From the IMG/VR virus record IMGVR_UViG_3300009124_000001: a stretch of DNA of 64,000 nucleotides; one strand, given 5' to 3'. Of this stretch, positions 42,652-50,538 are shown piece after piece. The notes below the pieces were generated by a model. The model was not told where the DNA came from and did no database searches. It saw only the letters and a program-made list of their open reading frames with translations. The position numbers and the translations under genes were made by a program. Numbering within the stretch: the first letter of the stretch is position 1; each line of letters begins with the position of its first letter. Source of the DNA: a virus.

Positions 42652-42776
42652 GACCAATCGCCCCTGACATCCTCTGCAAATTCAGTGGTGGCACTATCAT
42701 CGTAGAGGTCAAGGTCTGGGAGGTCAGTGTCATCAAGCAGGGCATCAATCCAGTCCTCATTGAGTACATCGTTCAT
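42648..42776 (-). CDS. Very acidic small protein (42 aa)
   Basis: MNDVLNEDWIDALLDDTDLPDLDLYDDSATTEFAEDVRGDWS; ATGA coupling, GGAGG Shine-Dalgarno. Confidence 0.65.
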   Translation of the reverse strand: MNDVLNEDWIDALLDDTDLPDLDLYDDSATTEFAEDVRGDWS

Positions 42777-42949
42777 CGGTAATCCTCCAAGTCTTGTGCA
42801 TCAAACTGTCGGTTTCGTTGTTGCTTATCAGGAGCAGAATAGTCATCGATTTCCTGATACTTTTTGTTGGATCCAAACTGTCTCTTTTCCCGAATAGATT
42901 TGGGACGGCGAGAGTTATGCAGATCGTTGCGTTTGTAAGTGCGACCCAT
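42773..42949 (-). CDS. Small basic protein (58 aa)
   Basis: MGRTYKRNDLHNSRRPKSIREKRQFGSNKKYQEIDD...; first gene after the promoter at 42988-43016. Confidence 0.7.
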   Translation of the reverse strand: MGRTYKRNDLHNSRRPKSIREKRQFGSNKKYQEIDDYSAPDKQQRNRQFDAQDLEDYR

Positions 42950-42987
42950 GAGAGTGTGTGATGTGTGTGTTATCGAGGGACTGTGTA

Positions 42988-43016
42988 ATTATGTATGATC
43001 TTGGAGGAAAAGTCAA
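42988..43016 (-). promoter_or_regulatory. Sigma70-type early/middle promoter
   Basis: TTGACT-N17-CATAAT. Confidence 0.7.
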
Positions 43017-43052
43017 GGGGTCTGTGAGGTTTTGAAAGTGTCCTCCTATGTG

Positions 43053-43081
43053 TTGACAGAGAGGGCGTGATAGGTTACACT
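43053..43081 (+). promoter_or_regulatory. Divergent + strand sigma70-type promoter with no downstream + strand gene
   Basis: TTGACA-N17-TACACT. Confidence 0.6.
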
Positions 43082-43103
43082 CCAAGGCAACAACAAAACA
43101 GGG

Positions 43104-43111
43104 TATTTATA
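43104..43111 (-). promoter_or_regulatory. T4-type late promoter
   Basis: Perfect TATAAATA in an AT-rich intergenic region. Confidence 0.55.
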
Positions 43112-43165
43112 TCACATTAAAACACCCAATATAGAACACACAAGTATATTTAATTAACCATTTCT

Positions 43166-43210
43166 TTTTCCACAATGTTTTCCACAATTCTCCGCATATC
43201 CTGTGGAAAA
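43166..43210. repeat. Three TTTTCCACA (DnaA-box-like) 9-mers, two direct and one inverted
   Basis: 43166-43174, 43178-43186, and TGTGGAAAA at 43202-43210; degenerate TTCTCCGCA at 43188-43196. Confidence 0.7.
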
Positions 43211-43213
43211 GTA

Positions 43214-43840
43214 TCAAACAGGGATGACATTGAATGTGAGAGTGATACGTTCATCTGATTGATTTGATTCATATCCATGGGTGAGATTAGATGGATAGAT
43301 GAGTACATCACCTTGTGCATATGGTACAGTTGCTTCTTGCAAATTGAATGCAGTCATCTGTTGGAAAGGTAACATCATGACAGGGAACATTTGAGACATG
43401 ACATTTCTTTTGAATTTTAAGTATGAGTGTTGTTTTACATCATAGTTAATGAACATTGTGCCAGAGAATAAGCAATTGGAGTGTTCATGTGGGGCATAGA
43501 TAGCACCTTTATTTGCGAGTTCAATGTATGCATCAGAGATACCAAAGTTCGATGCATAGGCGAGACCTGAATCGTTATGCTTTCTGGCAACATCAAGGAG
43601 TGCAGATTTGAGAGAGGGGAGATCTTGAAGGATCTTATTTGTTGGACCGATTTGAGAAACATTATGGCAGAGTTCGTGTCTGTTATGATCAACGAAATCT
43701 TCATTTTGCATCCAGCGAAGTATTTCAGGAATGAAATCAGAGAGGTCGTATTTAGTGACAGGAGTCATGAATAGACCATAAGTTTCAAACTGAATCTGGT
43801 CATCTAGATTAGGAGAAAGATTGATTTCTTGCTCTGCCAT
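43214..43840 (-). CDS. Fe(II)/2OG oxygenase (HxH...H type)
   Basis: YAPHEHSNCLFSG; IYPSNLTHGY; RITLTFN. Confidence 0.87.
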   Translation of the reverse strand: MAEQEINLSPNLDDQIQFETYGLFMTPVTKYDLSDFIPEILRWMQNEDFVDHNRHELCHNVSQIGPTNKILQDLPSLKSALLDVARKHNDSGLAYASNFGISDAYIELANKGAIYAPHEHSNCLFSGTMFINYDVKQHSYLKFKRNVMSQMFPVMMLPFQQMTAFNLQEATVPYAQGDVLIYPSNLTHGYESNQSDERITLTFNVIPV

Positions 43841-43912
43841 TGTAAATTAGTGCGGTGAGTGTGTATTATGTAGTGTAGCATGAAATGGGGGTGTTGTGGA
43901 CGCTTCTAGGGG

Positions 43913-44056
43913 TCACAGATCGAGTGGATTGAGATAGCGTACATCACCTTTGAGAATATCATCGAGAGCGTTTAGGAGTTCGTGTCCGTTAGAGGGGAAA
44001 GTGTGCAGGTAAGAGATAAAGAATTGACGTTGTGCGAGTTGGTTGGTTTGAGTCAT
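43913..44056 (-). CDS. Hypothetical protein (47 aa)
   Basis: MTQTNQLAQRQFFISYLHTFPSNGHELLNALDDILKGDVRYLNPLDL; ATGA coupling. Confidence 0.6.
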   Translation of the reverse strand: MTQTNQLAQRQFFISYLHTFPSNGHELLNALDDILKGDVRYLNPLDL

Positions 44057-44112
44057 TTGTTGAATTCGAGGATGACAATGAACGTGGCAAGAATGACGAG
44101 AATTGATGTCAT
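44053..44112 (-). CDS. Putative 19-aa hydrophobic micro-peptide
   Basis: MTSILVILATFIVILEFNK; ATGA overlaps at both ends. Confidence 0.5.
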   Translation of the reverse strand: MTSILVILATFIVILEFNK

Positions 44113-44441
44113 CCGAGGCGCATGGAAGAGAAGAAAGGAACGATGGAAATACCTTGGGCAGTGTTCATCGAAACGAACCAATCGAAGTTCTTTTGAAATA
44201 CACCGTCACCAGATTCGCCGTGCTCTTTCAGAATAGCATTGAGGCGAGATTTGGTGGTATTGGTTTGCCAACCACCATCAAAGAGGCGGATGAAGTTATC
44301 ACCGATCTCGGCAATCTTGTTACCGTGAAGGCGAACAACAGAGAGGTTATCTTCCTCGTTAAAGGAGACAGAAGTGTTACCAGACTGCCAGTTGGCGTTG
44401 TTAGCGATGGCGGTGTTCATTGCCTGCTCGATCTTACGCAT
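44109..44441 (-). CDS. Conserved cyanophage early hypothetical protein (110 aa)
   Basis: VVRLHGNKIAEIG..FDGGWQTNTTKSRLNAIL..GVFQKNFDWFV; behind a palindrome promoter. Confidence 0.8.
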   Translation of the reverse strand: MRKIEQAMNTAIANNANWQSGNTSVSFNEEDNLSVVRLHGNKIAEIGDNFIRLFDGGWQTNTTKSRLNAILKEHGESGDGVFQKNFDWFVSMNTAQGISIVPFFSSMRLG

Positions 44442-44490
44442 GATTTGAGATTGAAGGACGTTTGTGAAGTGAAATCCCCTCCACTCATCT

Positions 44491-44546
44491 AATATAGAGC
44501 ATTTTGAGGGTCGTGCCTGTTTTGTGTGCCAGTTCGCGGACTGGTC
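44491..44546 (-). promoter_or_regulatory. Palindrome-type early promoter, copy 1
   Basis: GACCAGT-ccgcg-AACTGGCAC followed by -10 TATATT (44491-44496). Confidence 0.7.
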
Positions 44547-44870
44547 TCAGCGGTCGAATTGTTTATGCAATTCAACGTATTGTGTGACTTCCTCGTTGAT
44601 GTATTCCTCAATCAATTCCTTTGCTTCGGCAACAGTGTCGGCACCAAAGATCTTCTCGTAGATATACACTCCGCTGGGAAGTTCTTTGCGTTGGTTGATA
44701 CGATACTTTGGAGGGTTAGGATTACCGATGTGCTCACCATCGAGGTCTTCGGTAATAGTGAAGGCGGCAAGACGTTTCTCACCCTGCCAGACAGAATCTT
44801 CGGTCACCCAGATGTCTTCAACGTAGTGAATGAAATTGTTATGACGCTTGGAGGATTCGATGATGAGCAT
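44547..44870 (-). CDS. Hypothetical protein (107 aa)
   Basis: ORF track; same strand and codon style as neighbours. Confidence 0.7.
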   Translation of the reverse strand: MLIIESSKRHNNFIHYVEDIWVTEDSVWQGEKRLAAFTITEDLDGEHIGNPNPPKYRINQRKELPSGVYIYEKIFGADTVAEAKELIEEYINEEVTQYVELHKQFDR

Positions 44871-44912
44871 GATGCGGAAAATGCGGAGAGTTGTTGTTAG
44901 TTTGCGGAAAGA

Positions 44913-45185
44913 CTACATGCCGTTGAGAAAATCGTGCAACTCATCGAGATATTGTTGCTCGGTCTCGAAATAGCGTCCATGAATATACTTTGGAAACTCG
45001 TGCTTGTTAAACATTTCAGAGGCGACATTGCAGTCTTGCTCATCATAACCCATCTCAACGAGATTTGCGACGTAAGGATTGTGAATTGCCATGAGGTTGT
45101 TATCAGTTTGAAGTGCGATTGTGCAGGGGTCGTTGTAGTTGTGGTTGTTCATATTATTCCACCAATTGGCGTCGTACTTAGGCAT
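44913..45185 (-). CDS. Hypothetical protein (90 aa)
   Basis: ORF track; possible internal start MAIHNPYV. Confidence 0.65.
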   Translation of the reverse strand: MPKYDANWWNNMNNHNYNDPCTIALQTDNNLMAIHNPYVANLVEMGYDEQDCNVASEMFNKHEFPKYIHGRYFETEQQYLDELHDFLNGM

Positions 45186-45386
45186 TCACCCCACAGCAGC
45201 AGATTCCCACACATCGTAGAACATATCCCATGCATCCTTATCTGCAACAAAGGAGTGACAATCTGCCTGATCACAAACCCAATCGTATGCCATATCGCAA
45301 TCAGCGTTAGTGTTTAGGGTGAACTCTTGCAGTCCTTCGATAGCAGCGCAGAATTCGCGATCGAGAGTCAGAGAGCGGTTGATCAT
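45186..45386 (-). CDS. Hypothetical acidic protein (66 aa)
   Basis: ORF track. Confidence 0.7.
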   Translation of the reverse strand: MINRSLTLDREFCAAIEGLQEFTLNTNADCDMAYDWVCDQADCHSFVADKDAWDMFYDVWESAAVG

Positions 45387-45410
45387 TGGTCGTTTCGTTT
45401 GATTGATCTT

Positions 45411-45483
45411 AGTATTGCACCTTTCAGCGATCCAGGTAGTTCACAGTGATACAAAACCGCGAAACCACCTGGGGAACTGGCAC
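45411..45483 (-). promoter_or_regulatory. Palindrome-type promoter, degenerate copy
   Basis: GTGCCAGTT-cccc-AGGTGGTT; the candidate -10 AATACT lies about 16 nt farther away than in the other copies. Confidence 0.45.
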
Positions 45484-45484
45484 A

Positions 45485-45679
45485 TCAATTCTCTTCATGT
45501 AGCAACTCAGGATAGTATTCTTCAACCTCTTCAATCAGTTCATTGACAGTATATTTGTCGAGATTTTCATCCAGTTGATCATATACCAACGCGATGAGAT
45601 CTTTGAGGTCCATGCCATCAATGATCTGGTTGATATATGCTGCTTGGAGTTCATCACGATCGATGATATTGTCAGTCAT
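45485..45679 (-). CDS. Hypothetical acidic protein (64 aa)
   Basis: IDRDELQAAYINQIIDGMDLKDL...ELIEEVEEYYPELL. Confidence 0.75.
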   Translation of the reverse strand: MTDNIIDRDELQAAYINQIIDGMDLKDLIALVYDQLDENLDKYTVNELIEEVEEYYPELLHEEN

Positions 45680-45797
45680 TGTTGAGATCGGAGAGAAGAA
45701 AACGAAGGGGACCAGTTGTCATCATGTCGTACAATTCATCGACAGTGACTTCTAGTTCTGCTGCTAATGATTCAGCAGTCCAGACACAATTAATCAT
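45672..45797 (-). CDS. Hypothetical protein (41 aa), possible helix-turn-helix
   Basis: MINCVWTAESLAAELEVTVDELYDMMTTGPLRFLLSDLNND; start moved from the track's 45875. Confidence 0.5.
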   Translation of the reverse strand: MINCVWTAESLAAELEVTVDELYDMMTTGPLRFLLSDLNND

Positions 45798-45801
45798 GAA
45801 A

Positions 45802-46050
45802 TCAGCAGAAGCAAGGAGTATAGGAATCAGGGCACTTGGTTGTATTGAAACCAGTGACATCTGCACCGTTAGCAATACGCTCGTTCACTTCGTGACCAAA
45901 CGTTTGCTTAGTAATTACAGACCAGGACTGTTGATCTTTACCGAAATCAGAGGGGAAAGTAACACGCTTGATGAAACGTTTGACACCCTCACCCTCAATA
46001 AATGCTTCGGGGAAGAAGTCAACAATGCAGACGGAATTGGTGAGTTGCAT
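45802..46050 (-). CDS. Conserved early hypothetical protein (82 aa)
   Basis: ORF directly after a palindrome promoter, AGGA Shine-Dalgarno. Confidence 0.75.
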   Translation of the reverse strand: MQLTNSVCIVDFFPEAFIEGEGVKRFIKRVTFPSDFGKDQQSWSVITKQTFGHEVNERIANGADVTGFNTTKCPDSYTPCFC

Positions 46051-46074
46051 GTGAAGAATTCCTTTGACTCTTTT

Positions 46075-46132
46075 AATATACAGGGAAACGGTGCCCTGTG
46101 CTCAAATAGTGGACAGTTTGACCAACTGGCAC
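46075..46132 (-). promoter_or_regulatory. Palindrome-type early promoter, copy 3
   Basis: GTGCCAGTT-ggtca-AACTGTCCAC then TATATT (46075-46080). Confidence 0.75.
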
Positions 46133-46506
46133 ATGTCTATGCTGGTGAGAGACCTGATCCCGATGGATTGTTTCATTTTGTTACCATTCATCAATTCTTT
46201 AACATCAGCGATGATAAATTCATCGCTTTCAGTATCATGAACTGCGAGGTAGTCAAATTCTTTGCCTGTGTAATTACCAGTGCCTTTGTTACGCTTACGA
46301 CGCAGATCTAAGTTGTAAGGATTATACTTCTTAGATTTTGTGTGTCGCTTGACTTGTATCCTAGCACCAGTAGATGCAATCATAAAATCCCATCCAGTGT
46401 CAATAGTTGGAGTGATGAGTGATAATATCTCATCATCCACTAATTCATACCAACGAGCAGCAAATAGCATCTCACTAGCAAGACCTCTCAATCTATGCGG
46501 TTTCAT
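46102..46506 (-). CDS. PD-(D/E)XK endonuclease (homing-endonuclease-like)
   Basis: RGLASE...WDFMI....RIQVK...Y...EFDYLAVHD resembles the group-I-intron-type PD-(D/E)XK family. Confidence 0.7.
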   Translation of the reverse strand: MKPHRLRGLASEMLFAARWYELVDDEILSLITPTIDTGWDFMIASTGARIQVKRHTKSKKYNPYNLDLRRKRNKGTGNYTGKEFDYLAVHDTESDEFIIADVKELMNGNKMKQSIGIRSLTSIDMCQLVKLSTI

Positions 46507-46507
46507 G

Positions 46508-47098
46508 TCACCAGATCATGGGGCAGGGAGTAAGATTGCTCACACTGATTTCTTGATAGTCTGCCTTGGTATTCTGCTCCCTCACGTTATCAATATCAAA
46601 GAACAGATCGATGGTATCAACAGCGCCATGATATTGACGTTGCAGAACATCATCGATCTTGGTACGATTCTTGGCACTCAGAACATCATCGAAACCAGCA
46701 ACATCGCCAGCAGTGTTGAAACGTGGAGCGACACGAGGAAGAACACTGACAAACAGAATCTTCTCGATGGAATTACAACCAGGAGCATAATAGAGTCGTG
46801 CTGCTTCTCCGATCGTAGTATTAGCGTAGTTCTTGATATTCTTGTTCACATTGCTGTTGATTGCTTTGGCAAGAATAGCAACGCGAATATCACCATCAGC
46901 ATCAAATCCTGCGATGTCGATGTCAAACGTGCCACCGAATGCATCTTCTTGCAGTTGATATTCAAACTTCCAAGTATACTCAGCGAGGTCAGGATTAGCG
47001 TTCAGGATCTCATCGAGCAGCACTTTGTGCAGTTCGTCAGTACGCTTGGAGGAGCGTACATTCTGAAAGGAAGTGGTGAGGAAGTTTTCGAGAATCAT
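46508..47098 (-). CDS. Putative restriction-endonuclease-like protein
   Basis: EYQL..DAFGGTFDIDIAG...VAILAKAINSNVNKNIKNYANTTIGE; start placed at 47098, downstream of the promoter. Confidence 0.5.
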   Translation of the reverse strand: MILENFLTTSFQNVRSSKRTDELHKVLLDEILNANPDLAEYTWKFEYQLQEDAFGGTFDIDIAGFDADGDIRVAILAKAINSNVNKNIKNYANTTIGEAARLYYAPGCNSIEKILFVSVLPRVAPRFNTAGDVAGFDDVLSAKNRTKIDDVLQRQYHGAVDTIDLFFDIDNVREQNTKADYQEISVSNLTPCPMIW

Positions 47099-47120
47099 GG
47101 TCGTTTGTCTCAACAATGCT

Positions 47121-47178
47121 AATATAGATCATTTTGGTGCCTGTGGCGGATTTGGTGGACAGTTCTCCGAACTGGCAC
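47121..47178 (-). promoter_or_regulatory. Palindrome-type early promoter, copy 4
   Basis: GTGCCAGTT-cggag-AACTGTCCAC then TATATT (47121-47126). Confidence 0.75.
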
Positions 47179-47347
47179 ACTGATTCTTTTCTCTTTGCTT
47201 TGCGTTGCTAATCTGTCGCTCCAACTCATACTTAACTGTGAATAGATTACGACTCATATACTCTTCCCACTCGTTATCTTTGATGAGTTTGAGTATATTC
47301 TCTATCTGCATGTGTGCAAATAGTAGTCTATCAAATTCTGAGATCAT
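47129..47347 (-). CDS. Hypothetical protein (72 aa)
   Basis: QIENILKLIKDNEWEEYMSRNLFTVKYELERQ; its C-terminus runs through the promoter motif. Confidence 0.7.
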   Translation of the reverse strand: MISEFDRLLFAHMQIENILKLIKDNEWEEYMSRNLFTVKYELERQISNAKQREKNQCASSENCPPNPPQAPK

Positions 47348-47943
47348 GGAAATTCAGGAGCGTTGGGTGGGTTACTCATAGGACGGACACACATGTTGAA
47401 ACTTAATGTCAGACGATTTGTGTCACTCTTCTGCATATGTACGCCATGACGAACAAACGAAGGGAAGACAATGATGTCTCCTTCCTTAACAGATAGATCC
47501 ATGATTGGACTCTGTTGAAATAGTTGTGTGTAACCACTGATTGTATGATCCAAGTTCATATTCTCAAAGTAAAACTTAGCATCAGTCTCAGGATTGTACT
47601 GAATGAATACAACTCCTGAAAAATTGATAAATTCAGGGAACTGGATGTGGTGATGGGGTTCCTGGTGACAACCAGAATTATACAAATTTAACCAACTATT
47701 CAAGATCTCAATGTCTGACCAGTTGGGGAAGTATTGATAGAGATATGGTGCTAGAACTGTGCCTAACTCTTCGGGATGAACTACATCTTTCTCATCAAAG
47801 TATGTGGTTTGTAGTTCACAATTCCAACGACCATTTGTGTTGCTAAGCAGATGCTCAGCACTCTGTAATAGAGAACCGAACACCTGCTTGTGGTTGTGAA
47901 TGTGAGCGTGATGATATTTAACTGGGAACAGAGTTTGCGACAT
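47344..47943 (-). CDS. Fe(II)/2OG oxygenase (HxH...H type)
   Basis: SWLNLY..GCHQEPHHH..FSG; VFPSFVRHGV; RLTLSFN. Confidence 0.87.
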   Translation of the reverse strand: MSQTLFPVKYHHAHIHNHKQVFGSLLQSAEHLLSNTNGRWNCELQTTYFDEKDVVHPEELGTVLAPYLYQYFPNWSDIEILNSWLNLYNSGCHQEPHHHIQFPEFINFSGVVFIQYNPETDAKFYFENMNLDHTISGYTQLFQQSPIMDLSVKEGDIIVFPSFVRHGVHMQKSDTNRLTLSFNMCVRPMSNPPNAPEFP

Positions 47944-48445
47944 TACGATTCACATCAGGGACAACAACTTGAAACTTATTTCGATAATTATATGCATACT
48001 TGGTGCGGTATCCATGAATACCCCAACCTAACCAATTCCAGGCATGTTTCATATAATAATCGATAGATTGACCTTCACCTTTAAGGTAAGGTTCATATCT
48101 TACCCACTGTGTCTCATTAACCATGTAGCGGAGTTGAGTAGACAAAGTGGACGGATCACCGCCATATTTGTTAGCAAACCTACCGAGACCAATGTAACGA
48201 TTAGTCGAGGTCCACTGAATCAAACCAAAACCACCAGAATGGCACTGATGATACTTTACTCGTGCTCCACCCTCGCAAATATCAGGGAGAAAGTTTGACT
48301 CTTGCTTGATGTTACCCATAACGGTTGCGAGGGCGTTCATAGATCGAATCCCTCGCTTTTGTAAGAATTCAAGAGTCTGTTTTTCGTTGCTGTTGCAACT
48401 CACGCACTGCACTATTGGTGCAGGAGGCATGTCGTACGCAATCAT
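47918..48445 (-). CDS. Phage tail-lysozyme-like muramidase
   Basis: ALATVMGNIKQESNF...GGFGLIQWT...QLRYMVNE. Confidence 0.8.
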   Translation of the reverse strand: MIAYDMPPAPIVQCVSCNSNEKQTLEFLQKRGIRSMNALATVMGNIKQESNFLPDICEGGARVKYHQCHSGGFGLIQWTSTNRYIGLGRFANKYGGDPSTLSTQLRYMVNETQWVRYEPYLKGEGQSIDYYMKHAWNWLGWGIHGYRTKYAYNYRNKFQVVVPDVNRNVANSVPS

Positions 48446-48467
48446 AAAAATTGTTTGAACAAATTAC

Positions 48468-48496
48468 AGTATACTTATGCAGATCAGATAAGTCAA
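48468..48496 (-). promoter_or_regulatory. Sigma70-type promoter for the lysozyme gene
   Basis: TTGACT-N17-TATACT. Confidence 0.7.
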
Positions 48497-48717
48497 CCCT
48501 GCTCAGAATGTCCAGATTGCTCTGTTGCCAGTCGGGACAATTCTGGGGATCGGAGCACATCATGTTGATACTCTAACTCCTTGTATAATGATTCAAGAAG
48601 ACCTTTGACATAAGATTGATGGTTGAGTCCTGAGGTGATTCTCATCAACTCATGAACATGTTGTTTTGCAAGTTCGATATTGTAGCACTCTTTCGTGCGA
48701 ACGTTGATACCAGTCAT
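48493..48717 (-). CDS. Hypothetical protein (74 aa)
   Basis: ORF track; ATGA coupling. Confidence 0.65.
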   Translation of the reverse strand: MTGINVRTKECYNIELAKQHVHELMRITSGLNHQSYVKGLLESLYKELEYQHDVLRSPELSRLATEQSGHSEQG

Positions 48718-48908
48718 GCAAATCCTCCTCCTTTTGATTTTTGATCGATGACCTCAACTATACGACAATGCTGTGGAAAGTTCCACCAAGCAGTTAGAAC
48801 TTCGTCATAACTGTCTACAATTTTAACTGTATCATCAGTACACCATATTTTATATCTATGGCGATCATATGGTGCAGTTGAAGTTTGTGTGAAGAAATCT
48901 TTACTCAT
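48714..48908 (-). CDS. Conserved hypothetical protein (64 aa)
   Basis: FTQTSTAPYDRHRYKI...VEVIDQKSKGGGFA. Confidence 0.75.
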   Translation of the reverse strand: MSKDFFTQTSTAPYDRHRYKIWCTDDTVKIVDSYDEVLTAWWNFPQHCRIVEVIDQKSKGGGFA

Positions 48909-49066
48909 CGATATTTAGCACAAAGGTCGTCATAAGATGCACCAACGGGCACCTGTTTGCAGAAACGTGCCATCTTACTGTCCTGCATTTTATTGATAGA
49001 AGTAATGGCATTGACGCCAATAAATCCACCAAAGAATAGCACGAGAGCGAGAAGAGTGATTCTCAT
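48905..49066 (-). CDS. Small membrane/secreted protein (53 aa)
   Basis: MRITLLALVLFFGGFIGVNAITSINKMQDSKMARFCKQVPVGASYDDLCAKYR; ATGA coupling. Confidence 0.65.
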   Translation of the reverse strand: MRITLLALVLFFGGFIGVNAITSINKMQDSKMARFCKQVPVGASYDDLCAKYR

Positions 49067-49143
49067 TGATCAAGGAGTGAAAGGAAAAAAAGAAACAACC
49101 CAAATACTATTGGGAACAATAGTATAATGAGTTGCGAGAACAT
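49063..49143 (-). CDS. Putative 26-aa hydrophobic micro-peptide
   Basis: MFSQLIILLFPIVFGLFLFFLSLLDQ; its stop overlaps the next ATG. Confidence 0.5.
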   Translation of the reverse strand: MFSQLIILLFPIVFGLFLFFLSLLDQ

Positions 49144-49150
49144 GATTGCA

Positions 49151-49339
49151 TCACCGCTGGAACTTACCATGGATGAACTTAGCGTGGTCAGGGTTATTTA
49201 CCCAGCGACCTTCTGCACAAGACCAGAGGAAAGGTGTGGGTTCAGTTGCAGGGGTGTTCTTATCAAGTTTGGCAAGAAGTTCGCGGGACTCAGCAACAAG
49301 TTCGTCGAGGGTAAGGCGAGCAGGGCGGACACCGTACAT
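49151..49339 (-). CDS. Hypothetical early protein (62 aa)
   Basis: GGAG Shine-Dalgarno, behind a palindrome promoter. Confidence 0.7.
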   Translation of the reverse strand: MYGVRPARLTLDELVAESRELLAKLDKNTPATEPTPFLWSCAEGRWVNNPDHAKFIHGKFQR

Positions 49340-49376
49340 GTTTGACTCCGTTGTGTGGTTTGTTGACTACCTTGTT

Positions 49377-49432
49377 AATATACAGGCAATCGGACGCTCA
49401 GGACTATTTAGTGGACACTACTCAAACTGGAC
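49377..49432 (-). promoter_or_regulatory. Palindrome-type early promoter, copy 5
   Basis: GTCCAGTT-tgag-TAGTGTCCAC then TATATT (49377-49382). Confidence 0.65.
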
Positions 49433-49936
49433 TCCACCATGTGGCGCAATCGCTCCAAGTGAGATACGAATATCTTTACTCGGAGGTTCACCATCATGTT
49501 CCATTAGTGAATCAAATACGATGATTCTTCCCTGCCTAAATGCTACCTTCTCACCATTTGCAAAGGTAGTATCACCATCCTCACCATATGCATGGTAGAT
49601 GATACTGGTAGCAGGACGATTGAAGTCAGTGTGTGTCTGTGACGTGTGCCCAGGGTTCTGTGCATTAACTAACAGTCTGTGGATGTGTGTTAGTGGCAGA
49701 TCCTTGCATATATCTTTGATGATACATTCATTGAAGTATGCAAAGAACCAATACCATGGAGTTTCGCTAGTAAACTCATTGTCTCTGATGACAGTATTGC
49801 CCCAGAATCGTGCCTTGCTGTAATCACCATATGGTGTGTTGTTGTAGTAGAAGGGGAAATCTGTCGAGAGATAGTTACCCACATCATCTACAATCCAATC
49901 AGGAAAGTATCCATCGATTACTCTAATATCACTCAT
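49418..49936 (-). CDS. Fe(II)/2OG oxygenase (HxD...H type, prolyl-hydroxylase-like)
   Basis: IRVIDGYF; SQTHTDF; VFDSLMEHDG; RISLG. Confidence 0.85.
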   Translation of the reverse strand: MSDIRVIDGYFPDWIVDDVGNYLSTDFPFYYNNTPYGDYSKARFWGNTVIRDNEFTSETPWYWFFAYFNECIIKDICKDLPLTHIHRLLVNAQNPGHTSQTHTDFNRPATSIIYHAYGEDGDTTFANGEKVAFRQGRIIVFDSLMEHDGEPPSKDIRISLGAIAPHGGVQFE

Positions 49937-50538
49937 AATTTAATACCTGATGTCAATTGAAAATTAGCAGACACTGTAATTCGTGCATTTGTATTATCAC
50001 CCTGTGGAGTAACTTGATGATGTAAGTATGATGGGAAGATGACTATATCACCTTCCTTCACATCTGGGAACCATGTATTTGTTGCTGGGTAGTGCTTACT
50101 GAAATACCCATGATGCACGTCTTGATTAGGATCGTAGAATACAAACTTACCATCCCTTTCAGGATCATACTGCATGAAGTAAGCACAACTGAATGCAGTG
50201 TTATTTCCACCACAATGTGTATGTATCTCTTGCGAATCACCCCGATGATATACATTTATCCATGCTTCTGACATTTTGATGGTCGAGGTGACGCGCCCAC
50301 CCAATTGGACGTGCATGTCCATGAGATTGTCAGAAATATAGTTGTTGAACAAATCCCATGAGAAATCATCCTGATTTGTATCACTATCAAAAGATGAGCG
50401 AACAGTACAGTTCCACTCATCGGGTTGTTTTAAGTTTGCTGTGGTGAGTTGATATGTCAGCATGGACTTAATATCCTCATGACGCTTCACCTCACCATGA
50501 TAATACCACTTTGGAAATAGATTCTGAACTTTACCCAT
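49933..50538 (-). CDS. Fe(II)/2OG oxygenase (HxH...H type)
   Basis: AWINVY..GDSQEIHTH; IFPSYLHHQV; RITVSAN. Confidence 0.87.
   Translation of the reverse strand: MGKVQNLFPKWYYHGEVKRHEDIKSMLTYQLTTANLKQPDEWNCTVRSSFDSDTNQDDFSWDLFNNYISDNLMDMHVQLGGRVTSTIKMSEAWINVYHRGDSQEIHTHCGGNNTAFSCAYFMQYDPERDGKFVFYDPNQDVHHGYFSKHYPATNTWFPDVKEGDIVIFPSYLHHQVTPQGDNTNARITVSANFQLTSGIKL

Noticed and set aside
45436-45452. GTA...TAC element resembling an NtcA box
   Set aside because: Spacing is N11 (GTAGTTCACAGTGATAC), not the N8 NtcA requires; its role is unknown
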